Source: Octopus sinensis (Eukaryota). Taken from it: a stretch of 64,000 nt of DNA. Position numbers and translations under genes: made by a program. Of the stretch, positions 26,591 through 41,310 are shown piece after piece; position 1 is the first letter of the stretch, and every line of letters starts with the position of its first letter. The notes below the pieces were generated by a model, which had not been told where the DNA came from, made no database searches, and saw nothing but the letters and a program-made list of their open reading frames with translations. Where the stretch lies: positions 2,604,001 to 2,668,000 of the forward strand of contig NC_043013.1 in assembly GCF_006345805.1 (NCBI RefSeq), in the 5' to 3' direction.

Positions 26591-26959
26591 GTAGCATAGA
26601 GATGCACTCGGTAGTCCACTGACAGCACAAAATAAAGAATGGAGTTGTTACTGAAATGATAACAAAATTACAAAACACGAAGCAAAAAATTGTCTTGAAG
26701 GAAGCCAACAAATACAAGACAGAAACTAGGATTAAAGATAATTGTTATAAGGGAGAAACAACAACAGAAATTATAAATAAATAGATAAATATATGAATAA
26801 TGCTTTCCTTCCAGAAACCACGAAAAGTATATGATGGAGCTGGATATGTTTCCTCCAGAATATGAGGAAATCGGGGAGAAACTATTAACCACATTGTCTC
26901 TGGTTACCCACGCTACGGTAAAAGAGAATATATGAACTAACATGATGGAGTTGAAACTA

Positions 26960-27340
26960 TAATATACTGGAAATCTATGTCAGCATTATGAAGCACAAAC
27001 AACAAAGTGAGACCGGGGGGGGGGGATATAGCGGAAAAGTTGGCTGAGAATGACAAAGTGATCTTATTCTAAGATTTACTAAATCATAAGACAGGTAGAT
27101 CAAAGTTAATCAGTTAGGTATTGTTGTCAACACCACCAAGAAAGGGCGTGTCTTCTGATAGAAGTGTCAGTACCACCAGACGATAAAGTATATTTTAAAA
27201 CTGAGAAATTATCCAATATATAAAAATCTCGAAATAGAGATAACCAGAATGTGAGAAATGAAAGGAGCAACAGCCTCTAGGGAAATAAGTGCCTTGGAAA
27301 TTATTAGAAAGAGATGCAGACAAATACATAAACAAAACTA
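26960..27340 (+). mobile_element. Very old R4/Dong-type REL fragment
   Basis: KLAENDKVILF, LLIEVSVPPDD, YKNLEIEITRM*EMK, ISALEIIRK. Confidence 0.55.
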
Positions 27341-28500
27341 TGAGGCTTCTTGGTTAACGGTTTTGTTGTCAGCTTCTTAGTTATTGGTTTCTGGCATTGG
27401 AGAAGATGCGAGTTCCTTGGCTGTCTGCGGTGTTGCGACCGGTGTGTGTGAAAACACGGCTTCTTGCTCCGCTGGTGCAGCTGTTTCTACTGGCTCTGCT
27501 CTTCTCCACCACCGCTCACTCTTCTCGTCTGCTTTTCTAGATCTCAGCGGCTCTTACTTCCACATGTATAACAGTTAGTTTTTTGTTCTGCCCCACCGGC
27601 TGTATTCGCATCTCTTTCCTCTCTCTACCCACGATAGTGTATGATGCGTGCGGGATGGACCTGTGGCCTTCAGCAGTCATTACGATTTGCTTAGTCATAC
27701 AGATCCCACCCAACAACATGTCATTTCCGGTTCCTTCGGTATTCACAATGTGCCCGAACTGTTGCAAACGTTATAACAAGTCGCGGGTCAACCTACGATC
27801 CAACGTTTCTGGCTGTGGTCCTTCCGTTACGCTTTTCGTATATAATGGCACAAGTATGCGGTGAGGTGTGAGGGTTGTAGCTCGGCTTGTCAACTTGTTT
27901 CGACCTCAAGATCGAAAACCAGCTGAACAGCCTTCTTAGCCTAACCAAGCTTGTTGAAAACCACAATGTCTCAAATAGCGGCTAGAACATCCTTGAATAA
28001 CTCCTTGAAAGAAGAGTGAAATGCCATTCACTTTCCGAAAAGCAAAGGATAAAATCTTCTGGAAAGAGGATAGATTTTTTGTGACAGATCTTCTATTCTG
28101 CTTTCAGAGAAATGTCTCATAATCAAAATTAGTAATCTGTTGCTATTTATGAATTTGGTCTAGAAGCTATCGTCAACGTTTGATATCGCCTAACCCTGAT
28201 CTATGAGAGCCGAATTTACAAAGAACGCCTTATGTTGTAGTTTCCATGAATTGGAAAATCTTCTTTATGGTCTTGAGAATTAATTGCACCAGCAGTCTTT
28301 GATAAACTCTTCAAGATCAGTTTTAAAACGTTGTCTCTCTCCGGTTGATAGTTTTGGCATTGGAACAATTAGTGCCATGACATTTGTAGATAGATTTCTC
28401 CACAAGAAAATAAAGATAATTTCATATTACCTGTTTCCGATAAAATCTGCTTTAGAGGAATATGGCTTGTTGGTCCTGTTTACAACATACCTGTTGCATG

Positions 28501-28711
28501 TGAGGGGTTCTGAAAAGTTCCTGACTTTGGGTAAAAGAAAATACAGGAGGATCAATTATGATTTCATCCAATATATTTCTCTCTCAGATTCACACATTTA
28601 TTGCTGCGGTCCTTCAGTTTTTCTAAGCCTGTAAAAGAACTTGAAAGGTTGAGCTTCCAACCAGGCCTTTCGCGACTCCCTTAGAACCAGGAACATTTTA
28701 GCACTCACTCG
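28501..28711. mobile_element. Mariner-type MITE
   Basis: TIR gagggg..ctgaaaagttcctg / ccaggaacattttagcac..ctcg; same family as 29410 and 33821. Confidence 0.7.
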
Positions 28712-29012
28712 GAGATATATGTCCCACTTGAACATGAATTTAGTTTTCAACAGGAATCTTCCGTGTTATACGTTTCTTCTGAAATAACAGCCAAACCTTC
28801 TTGAAATCAGACCCTGCAGTTTTGATGAGGAAGTGTTGGAGATAGTGACACAGGACACGTGTAAGATGTTATTGTCATAGTTGGAGTGTCTACTCGGGGA
28901 GGATCGACCTGAGACAAAACAGTGGAAACAAATATTTACTGATGTAATCAATACACTCACGTCGTCATGGAAATTGAGATGACTGAAATAGTAGTAGTCG
29001 TAGTAGTAGTAT

Positions 29013-29053
<41 letters not shown>

Positions 29054-29409
29054 AATTATTTTGCGTTGTTTGTCGATACAATGTCAATAAACTGCATAGG
29101 ATTGAATGGGGGAGTGTGGTGAGGTGTGGGTGTTGCAGAAACTGATACAAAGGCGGGAATGGCGGTGGCGGTGGTGGTGGTGGTGGTGGGTGACGGTCTC
29201 TAATGGCTTTTGTCTATGTAATGCAATGACCTGGCTGACAACGCCCTGAAGTTGATTCAAGCGTCTACACACACACACACAAATATGCACGTACGCAGAC
29301 ACATTTATGTGTTTATGTGTACTTTTTTCTTATCTATATCTATTTATGTATATATGTGTGTACGTGTATATCTACATATACTTACTTGAGTATGTTGTGT
29401 ATAACGTAA

Positions 29410-29616
29410 CGAGGGATGCCGAAAGTTGCTGGCTTTGGGGGTGTCGCGAAAGGCCTAGTTGCAGGCCCAACCTTCCAAGCTGTTTTACAAGGCTCAAAAT
29501 ATATGAAGGACCCCTGCGATAAGTGTGTGAATCTGAGAGGGGAACATATTGAATAAAATGATAATTAACGGATCCTCCTCTATTTTCTTGTACCCAAAGC
29601 CAGGAACTTTTCAGCT

Positions 29617-29623
<7 letters not shown>
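29410..29623. mobile_element. Mariner-type MITE
   Basis: TIRs cgagggatgccgaaagttgctggcttt / aaagccaggaacttttcagctcccctcg. Confidence 0.75.
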
Positions 29624-29657
<34 letters not shown>

Positions 29658-29869
29658 CGCGTGTGTGTTTGTGTGTGTGGGAAAAAAGCTTGCTCTGCAA
29701 TCATGATATCTCACGTTCGATTCCATTGTGTGGTATCTTGAGCAATTATCTTCATGAACGTAGTCTCAGGTTAACACAACTCTCATGAGTGAAATTTGGT
29801 ATATGGCAACTGTGCAGAAACCCGTTTGAAGGGTAGTTTTGTCTCCATATTGTGTCACCTTTGACATTA

Positions 29870-30135
29870 TGTTGTGCTTGAAAAGAAGACCCATGAAACC
29901 AAGTGAAATCGTGGTCGCGGCAGATGCTGGTGTCACGCAAATGGCACCCATACTGGTGGCACGTAAAAGTACACTCTCAGAGTGGTTGGTATTTGGAAAG
30001 GCAACCAGCCGTAGAAACCATACTAAATCAAACTAGTGTCTGGTGCAGCCTTCCAGCTTGCCAGCTCTGATAAAACCATCCAACCCATGTCAGCATGGAC
30101 AACGGACGTTAAATGATGATGATGATGATAATGAT
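29870..30135 (+). mobile_element. SINE 3' portion with (GAT)n tail
   Basis: ggcaaccagccgtagaaacc...caacccatgtcagcatggacaacggacgttaaatgatgatgat. Confidence 0.55.
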
Positions 30136-30664
30136 ATATAAACGGCGGTGCTGTTAGAGCTTTTCGTCTACCAAAACCTACTCACGAAACTTTGATCGAT
30201 CTGGAGTTAGGGTAGAAGTCAGTGAAAGGTCCGCGGATTGGGACTGAATCTGGAACCATAAAATGAGTGCTGGTATGGCTGTGTGGTTAAGAAGGAAACT
30301 TCTTAATGCCTGTTCCTATTCAAGTACTGCTTTTAAACATTGTACTGCGGCCATGTGGGGGCATTTCTTTGAGGAGTTTTGCAGATCATATAGTTAGGCA
30401 ATTATTTGATTGACACTATTTGTCAAACCGCTAAGTCACGGGACTAAAACAGACAGTACTGACTTTTTAAGCGGTATCAACGTAAAAATCGACATACAGA
30501 TGTACACAAACACACACACACACACATACGCACGAAAACATACATGCACACTCACAAACACACATCTACCTGTGTATATATTATATGTATATATTATATA
30601 TGTATATGTATATATGTGTATATATGTATATATATGTATATAAGATATATATATATATATTATA

Positions 30665-30702
<38 letters not shown>

Positions 30703-30715
30703 CATACATACATAA

Positions 30716-30785
<70 letters not shown>

Positions 30786-30824
30786 GCAAAAAACCAAATA
30801 AGTAACAAGATGTTCAGGTATCAG

Positions 30825-30914
30825 TGCATTACGGCCGTTTCAAGCGACTCCATGTAATCGATCAATGCAAACATTTACATCAATTTGAAATAAACCGCTC
30901 TCCTCGGATTTTGC
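30825..30914 (-). ncRNA. Decayed hammerhead motif in an (AT)n-flanked insert (30786-31145)
   Basis: Minus: CCGAGGA-GAGCG...CGCTT-GAAA-CGGCCG-TA-ATGC; U4->C change, stem I disrupted. Confidence 0.55.
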
Positions 30915-31175
30915 TATGTGCAAAAAGAAGTTATGTATTTTAGTCTCTAGTACTGATAAAAAATTTTGCTTAAAAATTATAATGGAGTATCTTGTATGTT
31001 GGAAATCTACATGGTCATACGAGCAGTAATAAACGAGTGAATAACGAATAGATAGTGTGGTGTTTATTTGACAAAAAAAAATTACCCTCCCGAAATACAA
31101 CAATATCTGTTTCAACACACGAATCCTGCAACACAAATTCATAAACGTATATATATATATAATATATATATATAG

Positions 31176-31220
<45 letters not shown>

Positions 31221-31288
31221 GTAATATATATATATATAATATATATATGTATATATATATACATATGTTATATAATAATAATATATAT

Positions 31289-31335
<47 letters not shown>

Positions 31336-32502
31336 GTATATATGATATAATATATATATGTATGCGCGATATATTATGTGTGTCTGTGTGGCATACACAG
31401 TGGTCTTCCTTAAAGTTTCCGTCCATCAAATTTTACTCGCAATGTTTAGGTCTACCTGAGGTTTGATTAGAACTCAATGTACCAGGCACTGTAGCTGAAC
31501 CCTAAACCATGCAGTTGAGAACTGAAACTGTTAACGACACAGCCACATAATTATTGTTTTATAATGACAGACATGGCATCTGAAACCATCCCAAGGTGGC
31601 TATGGTTGAGAGAGGACCGCAAGTGGAACCCTTCCGTAGGTGAAGACTAGTTTAGTTCTCGCTGCGCCATCCAGTTGAAACGTGGAAGCTAAGGGATGAA
31701 ACGCTCGTGACGCTGAGATATCTGCTGATAACATGGAAGATTTCCCACCTTTGCGATTGATTCAAAAAATAATTTGTAACGGCTCTGAGCCGAGCCAGCG
31801 CTTGCAAATATGGGGCCCTGTTAAAGAATTGTCAGCGGGGCCCTCTGCTCTGCAAAATCTGGAGTCTGATGTTTTCTGCTTCGTGTTGTACGCCAGTTCC
31901 AGTCAAAATCGTTGAGTGTTTGAGGCTCTACCATTAGTCATAATGATAGACTAAAAATTCATCGTAGCGTCCTGGGCTCGATCGTATGCGTGGGGCCCAA
32001 TTTGAACAAATCTGTCGAATTGGTTTAAAACCTACCCTGGCCCTGAGTAGCTCCTGTAGCTTCTGTTTGGGACAAGGTACCTCCGATGTTTATTGCTATT
32101 GAATATCAAAATCTTTCAGTGTGCGTTCACGACCTGGCCATTAATAGCCTACTTCACCATATCTCAACAATGATATCAGTGAATACAATCAAGTAACAAA
32201 CATTTGAAAGATAAGAAGCAAAGTAGGAGATTCTATGCGGTCGTTCAACCTGCTAGAAAAGCAACTAAAGTTCTCACAAATTGCACCTTGACGACTGACG
32301 TAAGAAGGACACGTTGGATAATGTGAAAATGAAGGAAAGTAAAAAAACGTGGCGGTATTGAACGATAGGCCTTTTCGATCAGGGTTCATCGGGGACAAAA
32401 CAATTATTATGTGAGTATATGTTTATGTACACACACACACACATGTATGTATATATATGTTAGGAGGTAAGTCGATTGCATCGACCACAGTGCTCAACTG
32501 GT

Positions 32503-32538
<36 letters not shown>

Positions 32539-32629
32539 GCAACAACAACAACAACAACCGGTTCTTTACCGGACATGGTAAGGACATCAAAATGGAATTT
32601 GGGCTAAGAATAAAAAGAAGTGGAATAAT

Positions 32630-33050
32630 ATTGGTTTAAAATTTTGGAATGGCACCAGTAATTTTGGTGGATGGGTAAGTCGATTACATCGACCCCAGGG
32701 TTTAAATGATATTTATGTTATCAACCCCGAAAGGATAAAAGGCAAAGTGTACCTCGGCGGAATTTGAACTCAGAATGTAAAGACGGACGAAATACCTATC
32801 TCTTTACTACCCACAAACGGATTAAGTCGATTTCTTTACTACCCACAGAGAGGACTAACAAGGACAGACAAACGGATTAAGTCGATTATATCGACCCCAG
32901 TGCGTAACAGGTACTTATTTAATCGACCCCGAAAGGATGAAAGGCAAAGTTGACCTCGGCGGAATTTGAACTCAGAACCAAACGGCAGACGAAATACCAC
33001 TAAGCAGTTTTGCCCGGCGTGCTATCGATTCTATCAGCTCACCGCATTTC
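32630..33050 (-). mobile_element. SINE family B partial dimer
   Basis: Two B cores joined at gacgaaatacctat. Confidence 0.8.
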
Positions 33051-33129
33051 TAACTTCTTTTATAATAACAAATGAATTGTAGGTAAGCACAAGTTCTATT
33101 TTTAAAGACCCTAAGATCAGTTTACAACC

Positions 33130-33310
33130 CATGGGCCATCGCAAGTATTACTTATGGCGCATAGGACATTGAGCCTGGTAAAAGAAAGACCCAAGAAATA
33201 GCTAAGAACTGTTCAACAAGCTTACGAACGCGTTGTGCTTGGACTCGCGTGAAAAGACCATAAAACAATTGAATGGATCTGAAAACAACACAAAAGTTTC
33301 GACTGAATGT
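33130..33310 (+). mobile_element. RTE-type LINE fragment (post-RT region)
   Basis: LTYGA..., LRTVQQAYERVVLGLA*KDHKTIEWI resembles RTE-clade sequence downstream of RT. Confidence 0.5.
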
Positions 33311-33766
33311 CATTTTGGAAATGACGCCGTATAATATTTAATATCGACCAAAGCAGCGAATCTACATTTGAAACCCGAAGTGTCAACTACACATTGTCAA
33401 CAACACTCTGCGCAGTTTAAGAACAACGCTCAAAAACATGGCAGCACACTTGAAATGTAAATAAGCGACCGATTTCTCACATAATCACGAGGTCAATTTT
33501 TTGAGAGAGAGAGAGGTCATATACGCCATATACTTACACATATATAATAATTTTTATTATAGATACCCGCTGCTGTAAATATACCCCAATCCATCTTTCT
33601 ATATAATGTCAACAACTTTTGAAAAACATAGGAATGCAAAACAAACATAATTTACATTATATATATAAGTATATTGTAGAATTATGAACAGAGGCTGGAG
33701 GTGCTCATAATGACAACTTTTAAAAGGTACACACACCACGAGGAAGCAAGAGTGTGCGAGCGCGCA

Positions 33767-33799
<33 letters not shown>

Positions 33800-33820
33800 T
33801 TACATTTATGTGTCTACCTA

Positions 33821-34043
33821 TGAGGAGGTGTTGAAAAGTTCTTGGCTTTAAGGGTCTCGCGAAAGACCTGGTTGCAGTCCCAACGTTCACAGTTTTTTTT
33901 TTTTTACAGGGCTTAGAAGAATCGAAGGACCGATGCAATAAGTGTGTGAATCTGAGAGGGGAATATGATGAGTAAAATCATAATTAACTGATCCTCCTGT
34001 ATTTTATCTTACCAAAAGCCAGGGACCTTTTAGCACCCCCTCG
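33821..34043. mobile_element. Mariner-type MITE
   Basis: TA-tgaggaggtgttgaaaagttcttggcttt / aaagccagggaccttttagcaccccctcg. Confidence 0.75.
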
Positions 34044-34155
34044 TGCATATAATACGAACGTGTGTACGTACACATCTAAATATGTACACACATATGCGCG
34101 CTCTTATATATTCGATCCTCGTCAATTTCTACGACGAGCATTGGATCAACTAAAC

Positions 34156-34478
34156 CAAAGGTTCTCAACTGGGATCCATATGACCCTTGAGGGTCCATAT
34201 GATATTTTAGGGTCCACACAAAATAGTAAATTGTAGCTCCACTGTTGTATTTTAGGGGTCCACGAAAAAGTTTTGCTTTAGATGTATTTGCTGTAAGAAA
34301 GCGGTGGGTGTTTTTCAACGGAGACGAGTTTCTGTGTGAAAACGAAAATAGGGGACGTTGAAAGGAGCACCTATAAAGCTAGTTTATAATCATCGAAAGA
34401 CTATAGAGGTCCACCGTAATAGAATAGTAATTAAAGGGGGGGTTCATAAGTGAAAAGTGAATTTTTTGAGAAAAACTG
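34156..34478. mobile_element. hAT (Buster-like) MITE with 8-bp TSD
   Basis: Ends caaaggttctcaa / ttgagaaaaactg; TSD aactaaac (34148-34155) / aactaaat (34479-34486). Confidence 0.75.
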
Positions 34479-34889
34479 AACTAAATTATGTCCACCGTAA
34501 ATAAAGCATACAAATGAGTACTCAACGGGCACATATGCCCTTAATAAAATCCTCGGGTCGAATGACCGCAACACAGTCCGCAACAGACCGCAACAGACGA
34601 AGCTGAATTACTGGTACACTCTATCTGCCAGGCTTCTATATAGTTTCCGATTTCACTCACAAAGTCTGAATTCAGCTGAGACTAGGGTAAAAGGTATTTG
34701 CCCTGATATTACCCAAGGTACCGTGTTGCAGGGTCAAAACCAAGATCCCAAGATAGCAACATGTATGTATGTGTGTGTGTGTGTGTGTGTGTGCGTGTGT
34801 GTGTATAAATATATGCACACATACCTTTACACACACACACAGACATACACACATATATACACACGCTCGCACATTCACACGTTTTGAGA

Positions 34890-34928
<39 letters not shown>

Positions 34929-35114
34929 TGCGTGCGTGTGAGTCTGTGTACTTCAAATGTCGTTGACATCTGGGTCACAACCACCTTTAACTCCAATTTC
35001 TAGTTGTTTGTATTACGTATATGTACGCATGCCTATATATATATCCGTGTCAATGTTTGTAGTTTGCATATACTTGTATGTACATACATACATACTACAT
35101 ACACACACATGTAT

Positions 35115-35505
35115 TTCTCTCTTTTCTCTTTTACTTGTTTCAGTATTTGACTGCGCCATGCTGGAGCACGCCTTAATCGAGCAACTCGACCCGGGATTAT
35201 TCTTTGTAAGCCCAGTACTTATTCTATCGGTCTCTTTTTGCCGAACCGCTAAGTGACGGGGACGTAAACACAACCAGCATCGGTTGTCAAGCAATGCTAG
35301 GGGAACAAACACAGACGCACAAACAAACCATATATATATTACCATATATCACAGGCTTCTTTCAGTTTCCGTCTACCAAATCCACTCACAAGGCATTGTC
35401 GGCCTGGGGCTATACAGAAGACACTTGCCCAAATGCCACGCATTGGGACTGAACCCGAAACCATGTGGTTTGAGCAAGACTTACCACATGCCACTCCTGC
35501 GCCTA
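35115..35505 (-). mobile_element. SINE family A, full length
   Basis: Head-to-tail family match. Confidence 0.85.
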
Positions 35506-36176
35506 TATATATATAATATATGTATATATATATATATATATAGATATAATATATATTATATATATATATTATATAATGTATATATTTATATATGTATATA
35601 ACTACGTGTGTGCATACATACATAAATACATACATACCTATATTGACATATAGATATACTTATACGTTTACATACAAATATATATATATATATATGCTTA
35701 CATGTGTGTGTGTGCGTATGTGTGTGTGATAAAATTACACAACTGCAGCTGGATAGTGTTGCAGCTTGGATGTGCAAGTCATGTGTAAATATTTGCAGTA
35801 AAACGTTGGCAATGAATGCATTTCCTGGCGTGTTTGCACCATTCTCTGGTGTGCAGCAGTAAGAAGACGAGCAACAGCAGCAGCAACAACAACAACAACT
35901 ATTGTAAAAAAAAAAGAAGAAAAACGCCCCAAAATAACAACAAAAAAAGAAAAATAGTGTAGCAACAATAAAACTAGCGCCACCATCACGAGCGACGACG
36001 ACAAATGAGACATAAACAAACGTTTTTGTTGTAAACAACAAAAACACTAACAACAACAGCATATCAACAAATAAAGTGTGAAACAGTCACGACGACACAA
36101 ACAAAAGTACTATATATAATATATATTATATATATATAATATATATATATATTTATATAATATATATCTGTGTATA

Positions 36177-36209
<33 letters not shown>

Positions 36210-36329
36210 TATACATGCTATATATATATATATATATCTATATAATATATATATATATCTATATATATATATAACCATATATATATACATATATCTCTAT
36301 ATATGTACTATCTATCTATCTTCTATCTA

Positions 36330-36395
<66 letters not shown>

Positions 36396-36410
36396 CATAC
36401 ATACATACAA

Positions 36411-36443
<33 letters not shown>

Positions 36444-36888
36444 ATATATATAGATGCTGGGGCTGCAGTATAGCAATAATAGCCAAAACAAATAGTAACT
36501 GCAACGATAATAAAATTCAACAAGAAACCACTACAACTACAATGACAGACACCACCACCATTTCAACCGCCCCCTCCGCCGCCGATAACACTACCACCTC
36601 CACCCGACTAGCACCACAAATATCACCACCACCAATACTGCTGTCACAACAACCACCGCCGCCGCCATTAATAACAACAAGATCTACGAGTACGAACCAA
36701 TGAAGGAGCCTGTATATGGTCACCCTAACAGTTAGAAATAGCAGCTAAATCCACCCTGATGTCACTTCCAAGTAAAAACTAAGCTAAGAGCATTAGATTT
36801 CTTGGAAGAAAGCATCGAATGTATACGAAAACAAGGACAGCAAAACAGACGATGTTACACGAATATATATGCAAAATACAATAAAATG

Positions 36889-36931
<43 letters not shown>

Positions 36932-37212
36932 CAGGACACATTCAATGATTTCTTCCAAGGAATCTAATGCTCTTAGCTTATTTTCCTTGGGGCTGGCCAA
37001 ATTGGAGGAATCTCAAGATTGATCAGCCGAAATTCCGCGGATGATCCGGTTCTTGATTGAGGATAGAAAGCTTCGAATGACCCCTCAGTGTTTTTTTTTG
37101 TTTTTTGTATCGTCTATCTGGATGTTTTGTTGTCCCTTTTTGTATCACCTAGTTGTCCCGAATGTTTGCGTTCTTGTCCCATTTTGTATTATATATATAT
37201 ATATATTATATA

Positions 37213-37265
<53 letters not shown>

Positions 37266-37521
37266 ATTATATATATTATATATATTATATATATGTATAT
37301 TATATGTAATGTATAGTTTTTGGGATTTAACCAATAGAACCACAACTCCTATTTCAGGACAACCTTATTGTATGGAATACAATAGAAAGTTATATCCAAT
37401 AAAATAACAACCAATATAATAATATCGCATTTAAAAAAACCATTATAAAATACAATAAAATTATTTGAAAACATATATATAACTTACCCGTTATTAGTCT
37501 GTGGGGAAAATATATTTTTAA

Positions 37522-37607
37522 ACAACGCTATGCATATTTCTGCGCTGGTGGGGTGTTTATTAAGGCTACACCTAATACACAAATCCACCAGAGCGTCCTC
37601 AGGCTAT
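37522..37607 (-). ncRNA. Hammerhead motif with one core substitution
   Basis: Minus: ATAGC-CTGAGGA-CGCTCTGGTGG...CCACCAGCGCA-GAAA-TATGCATA-GC-GTTGT; palindromic stem III; U16.1 replaced by G. Confidence 0.65.
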
Positions 37608-37777
37608 ATATCATTGTTATTATTATTAACGTATGTATATATATATAGATATACACATATATATACATATATATATATACATACATACATTATACATACA
37701 TACATACATACATACATACACATTATATATACATACATACATACATACATACATACATACATACAATACACTACTAT

Positions 37778-37814
<37 letters not shown>

Positions 37815-37924
37815 TATATATATATAAGTAGATAAATGAATTATCTTATTACGGATAATTCAAATGATAACCTGGGTAGCAAAAATCACAACAGAAAAAG
37901 CACGGTTGAAGACACTTAATATAG

Positions 37925-37984
<60 letters not shown>

Positions 37985-38073
37985 CATAATATACATATAT
38001 ATGCATATAGTATATATATATATATTATATATATATATATACACATATATACATATACATGCATATATAATAT

Positions 38074-38111
<38 letters not shown>

Positions 38112-39199
38112 CAACATGTATACACATATATAATATATAATATACATATACATACGTATGTATATATATATATATATATCTTCTCTTTCTCTCTCTCACT
38201 ATCCTCTCTCTGATAGCGGTTCGGCAAAAGAGAAAAGAGACCGGTAAAAAATAAGGCGGTACCCCAGCATGCTGCTGCAGTCAAATGACTGAAACAAATA
38301 AAAGGTAAAAAAAGAATAAAAGATAATATGAAATTAATTTACAGGAAAGTAAACAAACCAACTCCCGTTGGCAACCAGCACAGAGACAAACACACATATA
38401 CACGCACATACATGCACACACATATGCATATATATCTACGACGGGCTTCCTGGCAGTTTCCGTCAACCAAATTCACTCGCGAGGTACTGGTGGTTGCGGA
38501 GGTATATAGTAGAAGATACGTGCCCAAAGCCCCGCGCATTGGGATCGAACTCGAAATCATGTGTTTGCTAAGTGAGCTTCTTCACCACACTGCTATGCCT
38601 GCCACACCCCTACCTCGTCATCGCGCGAACAGACACACACATACATAACACACACACACACACACACACACACAACACACACACACACACACACACATGA
38701 ATGTGCTTGTGTGTTTATGTGTGTATCCTTCGTTCACCGATTTGTATCAACGCAGAATATAAAGTTCAGTGGAAAGAAAACAGAAAGCGACAACAACCGA
38801 ACGGAGTCCCTTGTGATAAATGCTGTGCAGTGAGTTACAGCCACTCCCTTTGTTTCTTTTGTCGTCAGAAATGTCGTGAACCGGTGAGTGACCTGTTTTT
38901 GGAAGCCTGTAAACCAGCGAGGTCATTGTTCACCAATTGTCACATGGAACCAGTAAATCAACAAATAAACAAACCGATTGGTGGGTTTACTTGATCGGAG
39001 CCCGGGTCGGGTCAAACAGCAAACGACGCTCGACGTGCTCGAAATAGCTGTCAAAAGTGTCTCAAATCACACCCTACTGTCGTGATAAAAGGAAGGGCAC
39101 GTTGAATAATGCGACCTAAGATAGTTCTAAAGAACAAGGTCGGTCCTGGCTAGAATGCCTTTGGTCTTGGGGCTGTTCGATCTGCAGAGAACCGAAGCT

Positions 39200-39265
39200 A
39201 AGACATCGGCGACAACGACGACGACGGCGGCGACTACAATACTACCACCACCACCACCACCACCA

Positions 39266-39303
<38 letters not shown>

Positions 39304-40051
39304 ATTAACTGCAGCCAAAACAACGGCTCTGACTATCAGAACTGAGATGGGAAAAAAAAAGAAACCATTAGTCAGGCATTAGATTACGCAACAACAAAAG
39401 AGGACAGTTGCCCGGATGTAAGATGAACAGAAATGTGTAAACATCAACTGCAGTAACAACAACAACAACAACAACAAGTGCATCACCACCACCACCACCA
39501 CTGCAACCGCCACAACATCCGCTGCCACCGCCGCCACCACCACCGCCACCACCACCACCAACCCCACCAAAACCACCACCAGCACCACCACCAACGCCAC
39601 CACCACCACCACCACCACCACCACCACCATTACCGCCACCGCCACCACCACCACCACAACCGCCACAGCCACAGCCACAGCCATCGCTACCGTTGCCCCC
39701 ACCGCCGCGCTCGCCGCCCCCACCGCTCCGCCGCCGCCACGCTCACCGTTCACACCACATATATATATAAATACGTTGAAGAGACAGAAAGAGGAGACAG
39801 CCATGTCAATGTCCTACCCAGTAAATATTGGTGAAGGGATAGAGTGAGGGGGAGGGAGGGCGGCGCGGCGGCGTCGTGGCGTCGTGGTGTGGTATGGTGG
39901 TGGTGGTGGTGGTGGTGTCTGACGTGCATTGAGTAGGTGTAGGGAGTGGTGCATCGTGGAGTAAGTAGGCCAGTAGTGCAGGAATACATTGCAGCTGTGC
40001 TAGACTCAGAATCACTGCTTCTTGCCCTTCACCCACCCTCACTCCCTCCCT

Positions 40052-40096
<45 letters not shown>

Positions 40097-40359
40097 TACA
40101 TATATATATATGCGTGTGTGTGTGTGTGTGTGTGTATTCACGCTCACACTCAGCTTTTTGCCCAGCCACCCCTCTCCCTCTGCCGAGATTATAACATGCC
40201 AAAACATCCCTTCCCTCCCTCCCTTCCCTCCCAGATTAAACAACAACAGTACACTCACCTACCTACTTCTATGACACCACCAATTTTCCAGTCAACACCA
40301 CCACCGCCGCCACCACCACCACCAGCGCCACCACCACCACCATTACCACCACCACCAAC

Positions 40360-40390
<31 letters not shown>

Positions 40391-40700
40391 CCGTCGACAC
40401 CATCAACAGCACCACCGTTGCCGCCGCCGCCACCGTTACTATCACCAACACCACTAATGTCAGTGCCATCGCTACCACCACAAGCAACAGCACCAACTGT
40501 ACCACCATCACCACCACCACCACCATCACCACCACCATCACCACCACCACCACCACCCACCATCACCACCACCACCCAACAATTTCCTGCCTTAAACACC
40601 ACTGGTACCCACCCGCCATACCACCTCGGCCACGACCGTGACTGTCACCATCACCACCACCACTACCAACTGCAACAACAGCACCTCACCACTACCGCCA
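39200..40700. repeat. (CCA)n/(CCG)n/(CTA)n trinucleotide low-complexity region
   Basis: Direct inspection; source of the poly-P/H/T/V ORFs. Confidence 0.9.
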
Positions 40701-40944
40701 TACTACAAATATATACACACTACCACAACATGGCCCTACTAGAAACGGTAGTCAAATTTCCCTCAAATCGCAACTTGCTTTTTTAAAAGGGTTCGGTGAC
40801 CATCCAGCTGACAGCATTGGAAGCTTGACAACACCCGTAATTACTGTAAAGAAACGGTTGAGAGTCACGATACCCCTATTGGAAACACCTGCGTGTATTG
40901 ATTCATACACAAACGGGATGGTCAAGGTTGTACTGTCTTTTGAT

Positions 40945-41310
40945 TAGGCGCAGACATGGCTGTGTGGTTAAGATGCTTGCTTTGCAGCTACGTGACTTCG
41001 GATGCAGTTCCACTGCTGGGCACCTTGGGAAAAATATTTTGCATGGTTATCCCGGACGGACAGAAGCGAATTTGGTAGGCGGAAACTGCGTGGAAGCCCG
41101 TCGTCTATGTATACATATATGCGTGACTCTTTCTGCTCGTGTTTGATACACCGACACCGTTTGATAACCCATGTTGTTTTGTTTACGTTTCCGTGACTTA
41201 GAAGCTTCGGGAAAGCGACCAATAAAAAAAAGTACTGCGGCCGATTTATTCGACTAAAACTCTACTGGGCAGAGCCCAAGCTTGGACCACACTCCAATGA
41301 CTGAAACAAG

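Noticed and set aside
27360-27900. GC-richer coding-like segment, possibly LINE ORF1
   Set aside because: No diagnostic motif that I can confirm
40022-40786. 254-aa proline-rich ORF (formin/extensin-like)
   Set aside because: Built from (CCA)n, (CT)n and (TG)n repeats; no domain or splice support
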